Shown here piece by piece: positions 56,585 to 64,000 of a stretch of 64,000 nucleotides of DNA. The notes beneath the pieces were generated by a model. That model made no database searches. It saw only the letters and a program-made list of their open reading frames with translations, and had not been told where the DNA came from. The stretch's first letter is position 1. The number at the start of each line of letters is the position of its first letter. A program made the position numbers and the translations under genes. Origin of the DNA: Verrucomicrobiota bacterium (GTDB lineage: Bacteria; Verrucomicrobiota; Verrucomicrobiia; Opitutales; Cerasicoccaceae); the NCBI GenBank assembly GCA_039818205.1, contig JBCBUK010000012.1:71239-135238 (forward strand). The letters run 5' to 3'.

Positions 56585-58180
56585 ATGAGCAAACCCCGCT
56601 GGACAGTTGCCGATACCATTGACCTCGAAGTATTTCTCGCGGATGATGAAGATCGCGACGGCTTGGATGGCCCAACGCTCCACGAACGTGATCGCGCAAT
56701 CTATCTGAAATCATTTGAGGGCCACGAAGAGGCTCCGAACCGGAGAGATCTGCTTAAAGCGTGGCTCGAGGCTCGGCGCAAGCGACAGTTCCGCTCCGAA
56801 GAAAGCATTGGCGCTAAAACCACAAACGTCTTCATTCTCGGTGCCATCTTCCTTGGCCTCATTGGCATCCTGGCCGCCTCATCAGCCATCACCGCATTTT
56901 TCTTTGGCGGTGAGGTCGACGGCGGCTATGTCATCCCGGCAAATATTCTCCTATTCTATGGCGTATGCATCGCGCTACCATTAGTTCTCACCGCCTACAG
57001 TATCTATTCTTTTGTCGCCATCGCGGTATTCCGGCGACTGCCACAGCTTCCACCCTTTGCCCGTAGGCTTTGGACCAGTATTTTCGCCATCTGGGTGGCC
57101 AAGATCATGGACAAAGTTGCGAGTCGAACCAAGGTCGAAACCCGTCTAAGTGTCTCCTCCGCCATCGGGCGTCTGAGGATGGTTGCCGCCGGGCGAAAAA
57201 GCATTCTCTCCGCCGCAGTATTCTTCTGGGTGCAAGCCTTTGGTATCGGCTATGCCGTCGGATTACCCGTGGCCTTTGCGATCAAGTACTACACGCTCAA
57301 CCGAGCTGTCGGCTGGCAGACCAATGCCCGCGAATCAATCACGCCGGAAAGCATCTACCACTACGCAAGCCTTTCGGCAACGCCCTGGGCTTGGGTGGCC
57401 GGAGAGAGCGATGGCTATCCCTCGATTGAGCAAGTTCGGTCAACCGAATACATCCAAAATCGCCCCCTTAAAGCGAGCGAAACGGATGCCGACGCCTGGT
57501 CGGCCTGGAGTCGCTTCCTCCTGTTTTCAGCAGTGTTTTATGTAACGCTCCCGCGCTTTCTCTTGGGCGGGCTTAGCTGGGTCCAGCTGCGGCGTGCATT
57601 AAAGTTGGAACCCTTTGCTGACCTGCGCCATGAAGCCCTCGCCAATCGGATGACGACTCCCCTGCTCTCCTCCGATCCACCAGCGAACGCGACCAACGAA
57701 TCTGCCGCTTTCAGCGACACGGAGCCAACCCAAGTCACGGAGTCACCATTAGCTACGTCAGAATCCAACAAGTGCATCGTCGTGATTTCGGCCGATCTTT
57801 TTTCCGAATCCCTGGCAGCAGCCGTGACCGAGCAATGCCAGTCAAGCAAGCTTGAGCCAGGTGACGTGTTGGAAATGAGCGAGGACTACGACGACCAGCA
57901 ATCGTTCTTTGAGCAGCTTTCAGATACCTTGAAGCAGCATCAGGCAAACCGCCTGCTCCTGGTCGAGGATGTGATGGCTGCCCCCACGCTGGAGAAATTG
58001 AATCTGATCAAATCAGCTCGCACCGCCATCGGCGCATCAACGGGAATCATCGTTACGCTCGTCGACGAGGACTCATCGGAAACGAGCAAACAGATTTTTG
58101 AAGTGTGGCAGCAAAAACTTCGTTCATTAGGCGATCCCAATTTAGTCACCCGTTCACTGGAGCATTCGTTGACACCATGA
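56585..58180 (+). CDS. DUF2868 domain membrane protein
   Basis: IDLE, several TMs, GWQT, PW.W, YPS.EQV, W..FL...V.Y..LPR, APT.E; ATGA overlap with the GTPase gene. Confidence 0.75.
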   Translation: MSKPRWTVADTIDLEVFLADDEDRDGLDGPTLHERDRAIYLKSFEGHEEAPNRRDLLKAWLEARRKRQFRSEESIGAKTTNVFILGAIFLGLIGILAASSAITAFFFGGEVDGGYVIPANILLFYGVCIALPLVLTAYSIYSFVAIAVFRRLPQLPPFARRLWTSIFAIWVAKIMDKVASRTKVETRLSVSSAIGRLRMVAAGRKSILSAAVFFWVQAFGIGYAVGLPVAFAIKYYTLNRAVGWQTNARESITPESIYHYASLSATPWAWVAGESDGYPSIEQVRSTEYIQNRPLKASETDADAWSAWSRFLLFSAVFYVTLPRFLLGGLSWVQLRRALKLEPFADLRHEALANRMTTPLLSSDPPANATNESAAFSDTEPTQVTESPLATSESNKCIVVISADLFSESLAAAVTEQCQSSKLEPGDVLEMSEDYDDQQSFFEQLSDTLKQHQANRLLLVEDVMAAPTLEKLNLIKSARTAIGASTGIIVTLVDEDSSETSKQIFEVWQQKLRSLGDPNLVTRSLEHSLTP

Positions 58181-59667
58181 CCGACATGCGAGACGACTCA
58201 GCACCAGCGATCCCGACCTTCTGCGTTATTGGACAACCCAATCAAGGCAAGACGACTTTGATGTCGACCTTGATTGAGAACGATTTTCTTGCGGTAAGCC
58301 CTATCCCCGGGACCACGACCAATGCCACCGAATACCCACGCATCATCGATGGCGAACGGGTCATGACATTGTGGGACACTCCTGGGTTTGAAAACACCAA
58401 GAAGGCACATGCCTGGTTCGAAGACCATAGCGAGCTGCCCAACCCCGCCGCTGACTTCATCGAACGGTTCAAAAATGAACGAGAGTTTCGCGCCGAGTGC
58501 GAGGTGTTTAAACCGATTGCGGAAGGCGCGGCCATCATCTACATTGTCGATGCCTCTCAGAAAGTTCGGACAACCGATAAAGAACAAGTCGATATCCTGC
58601 GCCGATGCGGCAACCCTCGCATTGCAGTCATCTTTTCTAAAGATGGCAAAGACCAACACTACGAGGAATGGCGGCGGCTGCTCACCCGGGACTTCAATCA
58701 TCGGCACGCTTTCAATGCCCATACCGCGAAATTCGAAGACAAGATCAACCTGCTAAAGGCCGTCCGCACCATCATTCCAGAGTGGCAGAAAGCCATGGAC
58801 CGGACGATCAACGCCCTCGAGCACAATTGGCGTGCGAAGGAGAATGAGGCCATCGACTGCGTGATGAAGCTGATCAAATCCTTGCTATCGGTAAAAGCCG
58901 AGCTCGCAATCGATCAATACGAAGAACGGGACCGCATCCAGCAACGAGTCGAAGACAACCTGCGCGAAAAGGTTCTGGAGCTAGAGAACAAGTATCGCAA
59001 AACCATCCGCGAAGTCTATGGCCACAGTCAGGACTACTGGATTTTGGACTCACTGGTCGTTGATGATCTTTTTTCCGAGGAGGTTTGGAAAACCCTCGGC
59101 ATGACCCGCTCACAGCTCATGTGGTTCGGTGCATCGGTTGGTGCTGCGAGCGGGCTTACCATTGATGTCCTGACAGGTGGTGCGGCAATGGGTGTGCCGA
59201 CTGCCTTGCTCACGGTCGGCGGCGCTGGCTTTGCCTACCTCAACGCTGACCGATTTGCAGCCATCACCTTGCCCCCATTATTCCGCGGAGGCGGCCGCAT
59301 TGCTGGCATTCCAATTCCGGAAATATCCCCGAAGAAACGCACCCTAGGTGGCGGCGTGGCCACGGCACAAGTCGCCCCGCAATCCAAACTCGTTGGCATC
59401 GTTTTAGACCGTGCCTTGATCTACCTTTCCCAAACGCGCGATTGGGCTCATGGCAATCGAATCGCGGGCCAGGTCAAAGTCGAGGGTGATGAAAGCTCAC
59501 CAATGCTCACCCGCAATTGGCCACAAACTGAACAAAAAGCACTGGGCACGTTCGTCGGTTGTGTCTCGGGAAAAATCACCGATCGCGACCGCATCGAAGA
59601 GTCTGCTGTTAAAATGCGAGAGGTCATTCGAGAGAAACTCAGTGAATCACAAAGCGACCAAGATTAG
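58177..59667 (+). CDS. P-loop GTPase with DUF3482 domain
   Basis: G1 GQPNQGKTT, PGTT, G3 DTPGFE, YIVDAS, DDLFSEEVW..LG, Gly-rich hydrophobic hairpin, WAHG. Confidence 0.82.
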   Translation: MTDMRDDSAPAIPTFCVIGQPNQGKTTLMSTLIENDFLAVSPIPGTTTNATEYPRIIDGERVMTLWDTPGFENTKKAHAWFEDHSELPNPAADFIERFKNEREFRAECEVFKPIAEGAAIIYIVDASQKVRTTDKEQVDILRRCGNPRIAVIFSKDGKDQHYEEWRRLLTRDFNHRHAFNAHTAKFEDKINLLKAVRTIIPEWQKAMDRTINALEHNWRAKENEAIDCVMKLIKSLLSVKAELAIDQYEERDRIQQRVEDNLREKVLELENKYRKTIREVYGHSQDYWILDSLVVDDLFSEEVWKTLGMTRSQLMWFGASVGAASGLTIDVLTGGAAMGVPTALLTVGGAGFAYLNADRFAAITLPPLFRGGGRIAGIPIPEISPKKRTLGGGVATAQVAPQSKLVGIVLDRALIYLSQTRDWAHGNRIAGQVKVEGDESSPMLTRNWPQTEQKALGTFVGCVSGKITDRDRIEESAVKMREVIREKLSESQSDQD

Positions 59668-59798
59668 GCCAACGAGGCCAAGATGAATCCCCGACCTTGC
59701 ACTCGGAGCAGAGAAAGTATTCGCGTCCTCTCACCGCTGACTAATTTTGGAAAATAACCGTTCCAGAAACCGTTAAGTTTCTGTTAAGCTACGGGCAA

Positions 59799-61850
59799 AT
59801 GAACTATCCACGATTATTTTCATCCTCCCGCTTTTGGCTCACCCTGGCGCTTTTTCTCCCGGCCTACTTCGCCGCGGCCCAGCCGTTCACGCTTTCGGGC
59901 GCGCTCGAAATTCAGGGCGCAGCCAGCCCTCGCGCCGCAGACAAAGTTGAGATTTGCCTCTATGAAGCATCGCTCATGACGCCAATCCTACTGGGTAAAA
60001 CCGAGACCGATGGCTCCGGAAACTTCACGATCGAAGTCGGAAAAGATTTTTCCGACAGTATCTTTTTCCTCACGGCAAATCTTCGCCCCCGGGTCACCTA
60101 CATGACGATTCTTGGCTCGGAGCTCCCCGCCCAAGCGACCATCAACGAGCTGACCACCGTTGCGGCTAGTTATTCCATGGCCCAGTTCCTACGCCCCGGC
60201 CAAATCTCAGGTGAAGGCCTCCGGCTCCAAATTGCTGCCATGATGAGCGCTAACATCGCGAATCCACAGACGGGTGATATCTCCGATGTTCTGCTGCAAT
60301 CCCCCAATGCCGACCAGACCAACTCTTTGCGCCTAACCCGTTCCCTCGGGAACCTGGCGAGTCAATGTAGCATCAATGCGTATTCGCTATCATCGTTTCT
60401 TCAGGCAACGCGAAACCTCGACCGCCAACTCCCAGGCGACTTAATTCAAGGCCTCGCCAATCTGGCGCGCAATCCAGCTCAGGATGCCAATCGCATCTAT
60501 CGCCTTTCCCAAATCCGCCAACCATACACACCAGCACTTGCCGAGGAACCGATCAATTGGAGTATTGCGATTAAAATCAATGACACCGGTGGCGTCGGCG
60601 AACGTCAACCATTCGGCGGCCCTGCCAACGTCTCTTGGGATTCCCAAGGCTACGCATTTGTCGCCAACAATGTAATCCAAGGTGGCGGCGATTCGTCCCG
60701 GTTTATCGTCGCACTGCAGCCCGATGGAAAACCATCCACTGGACTTAACGGGACTCCGCCATCGATCATTGATCAAGGTGGTATTCTTGGCGTCGGTTGG
60801 GGCATTAAAGTTGATGCCATGGACCAAGTTTGGATCGGCAACTTTGGCTGGGGACAACGCGTCGACGAGAATTACCCGAGCCGCACCGAATTCACCGGCT
60901 CGGGAAATGGCAGCGTTTCGACGGTATTTGCTGACGGCACTCCAATCTCTCCAAACAACGCCTACTTTGGCCCGTTTCGGGTGCAAGGCATCGAGAATGA
61001 TGATCTCGGCAATATCTGGATTGCGAGCTTCGGGCGCAATCAGCTCGATGGTATCAATGGCGTTTTTGTCTTCAAAAATGGTGATCCAAACGATCAAGCT
61101 TCCTTCCTTGAACCAGACGGTTCTGGTCCGTTCGGCGTAGCTCCAGTTCCCGGTGGAGGCGCTGCTTGGGTAACCCTATCGGGTGGACTCGCAGGCACGG
61201 CGGCAACGCCTAGTCTCGCGCGTTACGAACTCAACGATGCTGGCGAGATTGAGCGGACGTTTCTTCAAAATGTCGGAAACACCTTGAAGGTTGTTGTTGC
61301 CGACCAAATGGGCAACGCCTGGTTCTCCTCTCAAGGTAATGACACCATCTACGCCTACAGCCCAGAAGGTGATCAACTGGGCGCCTTTACTGGTGGCGGC
61401 CTCAAAGGCCCCTGGGGCATGGCTGTCGATGGGGAGGGTAATATCTGGGTTGGTAACTTTGGACCAATCCAAGCTGGCAATGATTTCAACGACACCCGCA
61501 TATCCAAATTCTGTGGTGCGAACCCAGCCGCTTGGCCGCGCGGAAAAACGATAGGCGACCCGCTTACGCCCGAAACCGGCTACACCCTTCCCTCCGCCGG
61601 TGATCCGGTTTTGCTTCCTAACGGCCAGATACTCGAAGGCCCCAACGGAGAGGAAATTTTCACTCCACTACAACGTTGCACCAGCGTGCAAATCGACCGA
61701 GCCGGAAATCTTTGGTATATCAACAATTGGAAGCCTAACTTCAACGAAGATGCCTTTGGTGAACCCTCGAGCGGTAACCAAGCAAACCCTGGCGGCGATG
61801 GCATCGTGATTTGGGTCGGAATTGCCCCACCCCCGGTAACGAGTCGATAG
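59799..61850 (+). CDS. Secreted NHL/Vgb-like beta-propeller protein with N-terminal beta-sandwich
   Basis: Signal peptide; INELTTVA; repeated D..GN.W motifs (DDLGNIW, DQMGNAW, DGEGNIW, DRAGNLW). Confidence 0.8.
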   Translation: MNYPRLFSSSRFWLTLALFLPAYFAAAQPFTLSGALEIQGAASPRAADKVEICLYEASLMTPILLGKTETDGSGNFTIEVGKDFSDSIFFLTANLRPRVTYMTILGSELPAQATINELTTVAASYSMAQFLRPGQISGEGLRLQIAAMMSANIANPQTGDISDVLLQSPNADQTNSLRLTRSLGNLASQCSINAYSLSSFLQATRNLDRQLPGDLIQGLANLARNPAQDANRIYRLSQIRQPYTPALAEEPINWSIAIKINDTGGVGERQPFGGPANVSWDSQGYAFVANNVIQGGGDSSRFIVALQPDGKPSTGLNGTPPSIIDQGGILGVGWGIKVDAMDQVWIGNFGWGQRVDENYPSRTEFTGSGNGSVSTVFADGTPISPNNAYFGPFRVQGIENDDLGNIWIASFGRNQLDGINGVFVFKNGDPNDQASFLEPDGSGPFGVAPVPGGGAAWVTLSGGLAGTAATPSLARYELNDAGEIERTFLQNVGNTLKVVVADQMGNAWFSSQGNDTIYAYSPEGDQLGAFTGGGLKGPWGMAVDGEGNIWVGNFGPIQAGNDFNDTRISKFCGANPAAWPRGKTIGDPLTPETGYTLPSAGDPVLLPNGQILEGPNGEEIFTPLQRCTSVQIDRAGNLWYINNWKPNFNEDAFGEPSSGNQANPGGDGIVIWVGIAPPPVTSR

Positions 61851-61882
61851 CGCATTCGTAAACCACTCTTTAAGAACATAGG

Positions 61883-61908
61883 GCCCGCTCCATCAAGCGG
61901 GCTTTATT
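61883..61908 (+). terminator. Rho-independent terminator
   Basis: GCCCGCT-CCATCA-AGCGGGC followed by TTTATT. Confidence 0.65.
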
Positions 61909-62227
61909 CGTTCCAGCACCCCGCTGCGTGTGGCCGTCTCCACATCGGTAGACAACGACGTTGATTCGAAATCGTGACCACCGACCTAACTCATAGCTTG
62001 GATCGCTTCGACAACGTAGTTTAGCGCGCGCGACTGGTATACTGGAATAACACCCAAAGGAGGGTTAGGCGTTTGCTCATCCACTAAGATACAGGCATGA
62101 GTAGCTCCTGAAAACAGGGCGAGCTCGCAAGCGAGAAGCTGTTCATTGCGCGAAAAAACATCAAGCCCAGCAATCACTTAGCATGTCGACCATGGCTTGT
62201 CTGTAGGTTGATTCTCAACCAGCTGGA

Positions 62228-62809
62228 CTACCAGTCATTCTCTTTCACTTCCGTTACGATTCCGTCGACCGTGACGACCCGAAATTCAACGTAAGTCAGG
62301 ACTAGCCGATCTCCCATCTGCAATTGTGACCTTGGACTCCCAAATTTCTCAATGAGCATGCTGGTTGTGTCCCCGACTGCAGGACGTTGGCCTGGATTGG
62401 TTGGTTTGGGTTTCGGCCGTGGCTCATTCGAAGACGTTTTAACCGACTGGCTTTTCGGCTTACTCGTTGGCGCACTTCCCGGTTCATCAATTTCCGTATA
62501 GCGCTCGTTCGTTCCTTCTGACGAATTAGAACTCGTCTCCTCCTGAACTATTTCGGCGACGTGAGCTGTGGCGAGCGCGGCAGCAGGAACAAACAACAAT
62601 CCCAATAGGAGTGCGCCCGCAATGAATATCGCATAGACAATCAGCCCAGCCTGCGCCCAAGATTTAACCGAAGGATGGGTCTTCGACCCAAAAGCCCAAC
62701 ACATAAGCAGTATAAAACCAACGACTGGAATAGACACCAAGAAGAACGTGATCAGCCACTCGGTCCGTGATACTGGCTCATATTGATATCTGCTGTTTGA
62801 CATATTCAT
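62228..62809 (-). CDS. Hypothetical membrane protein with Pro/Ser-rich linker and small C-terminal domain
   Basis: IPVVGFILL..WAF N-terminal TM module; KFGSP motif near C-terminus. Confidence 0.7.
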   Translation of the reverse strand: MNMSNSRYQYEPVSRTEWLITFFLVSIPVVGFILLMCWAFGSKTHPSVKSWAQAGLIVYAIFIAGALLLGLLFVPAAALATAHVAEIVQEETSSNSSEGTNERYTEIDEPGSAPTSKPKSQSVKTSSNEPRPKPKPTNPGQRPAVGDTTSMLIEKFGSPRSQLQMGDRLVLTYVEFRVVTVDGIVTEVKENDW

Positions 62810-63101
62810 CTAGTTCGAATTCGTGAGACAATAAATTGTTGCCGCCATGTTGAAATGGCTGCTGCAAAAAGCGTGGCAACTCGGATCTGAAAATGACCGT
62901 GATCTAAATTAGGTCAACCAAGTAAATTGTCCGCAGGGATTTGCATGTTGCCCGCCCCAAGTCAGTATACCGACTTCCCAGCGGTTACCAAGCTCGTTGA
63001 TCCAGTGACACCTCTTGGATTGGCGCTGATATGACAAATGGCTGGGATCTATTCTCGGAGGAGACAACGGTAGACTCCAGCAATCAAGGCGCTGCGATTA
63101 C

Positions 63102-63725
63102 TTAGGATACATCTCGCTTGAGCACGAGGTTGATCGAATCGCTCATGGCGCTTTCAAGTTCATCGGCGGGCATGATTTTTTCTAACCGACTCGAACGGTG
63201 CATAAATTCAGATAGCTGAAGAAAAATGATGGTCGCTGTAGCCCTTGGGTATTCAACAGCGAACTCTCCAGTAGTATTGCCTTCTTCGATAATAATTCTG
63301 AGACGGTCTGTTATTGGCTCAAGACCGGTTTGTATGACCATCTCATGAACATCACGATCCTCGCGCGCAATTCCAAATTCTATTGGGGCCAACTTCTTCT
63401 TGAGGCGGCGGCGATCATCCACGGCTTGCAAGAAAAGGTCGACCTTCTTGCCGGGACTAAGGTTCTCGTCGCCCAACCAGGAATCCATTTGCTCGCATAA
63501 TCTATCCATGCTGCGTTTTGCGATTCCGGCAAGCAATGCCTTCTTGCTAGGGAAATGGTGATACAATGCACCAGCAGAGATTCCCAGGCCGTGGACAACA
63601 TCACTGACACTAGAGGCGATAAAGCCTTTTTGAGAAAAAATCTCCTCTGCCATATCCAGAATCCTACCCTTACTGGCCTTGCCTTTCGGCGTTTTACTTC
63701 TGCCATTTTTATCCTCTGCAGTCAT
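63102..63725 (-). CDS. TetR/AcrR family transcriptional regulator
   Basis: ILDMAEEIFSQKGF..SSVSDV...LGIS.GALYHHFPSK. Confidence 0.95.
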   Translation of the reverse strand: MTAEDKNGRSKTPKGKASKGRILDMAEEIFSQKGFIASSVSDVVHGLGISAGALYHHFPSKKALLAGIAKRSMDRLCEQMDSWLGDENLSPGKKVDLFLQAVDDRRRLKKKLAPIEFGIAREDRDVHEMVIQTGLEPITDRLRIIIEEGNTTGEFAVEYPRATATIIFLQLSEFMHRSSRLEKIMPADELESAMSDSINLVLKRDVS

Positions 63726-63773
63726 CTTCTCCTATCTGAGTGAGTTAGTGTCGAAAGTGAAGCAAAATTAAAG

Positions 63774-63787
63774 AACCGAACTCGGTT
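63774..63787. promoter_or_regulatory. Palindromic candidate TetR operator
   Basis: AACCGA-AC-TCGGTT about 50 nt upstream of the tetR start. Confidence 0.5.
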
Positions 63788-64000
63788 TTGTTTTTTATTG
63801 CATTAATGATAACGAAATCTCATACCATGCACCTCTTTGATCGGTCATTGGCAAGGTCCGGCACTACAAATTATCCACGTCGTCGGCCGTGCTATGCACC
63901 CACGGAATCCAAAGCGACGATGTCTGTTGATGGGGCTGGCTGCGGGGCCGGTCTGTATCCTCACGAGGAGGACCCGTGGAAAATCAAAGTAGGAAGACAT

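Noticed and set aside
61986..62177. 63-aa minus-strand ORF or possible gene remnant
   Set aside because: GTG start right after a stop, no recognisable family; cannot be supported without a search.
62863..62878. Sigma54-like promoter (minus strand TGCCACGCTTTTTGCA)
   Set aside because: The essential -24 GG is replaced by GC.
1..64000. CRISPR arrays, tRNA/rRNA, IS elements, integrases, prophage
   Set aside because: No regularly spaced repeats, cloverleafs or transposase/integrase motifs were recognised by eye.

Overview
A gene-dense 64-kb bacterial chromosomal segment of moderate GC. The gene repertoire (DUF1592/DUF1552 pair, grpE-dnaJ without dnaK, divergent PilMNOPQ) suggests a PVC-superphylum organism, probably Verrucomicrobiota/Opitutia; this is inference. 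In order, it holds: a >1155-aa secreted RCC1-propeller/beta-sandwich protein running off the left edge (missed by the ORF track) behind a PilM-N-O-P-secretin operon; a 31-aa bS22/mS38-like ribosomal protein (below the track cutoff); a catalytically degenerate RluA-like protein; rpsT; RNase P RNA; a GT10 fucosyltransferase with an FkbM methyltransferase; grpE-dnaJ-rfaE2-purN-prmA-thiH; larE/larC/larB without larA, next to a Tat-exported aldo-keto reductase; a DUF1592/DUF1552 pair; thiG; a PilGHI-like ABC trio; a papain-like protease; a phytoene-desaturase-like oxidoreductase; a dGTPase; a COG3014-YcfL-LpoB lipoprotein operon; panD; a class V aminotransferase; topB; an MggS-like GT4 with a GH13_18 phosphorylase; an ATP-dependent ligase with an MBL exonuclease; DUF445 and DUF2868/DUF3482-GTPase; a secreted beta-propeller protein; and TetR. 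I saw no tRNA, rRNA, CRISPR array, IS or prophage. The best novel-system candidate is nickel-pincer cofactor synthesis (LarBCE) serving a non-LarA, exported AKR-fold enzyme. All family calls come from motif recognition by eye; no searches were run.
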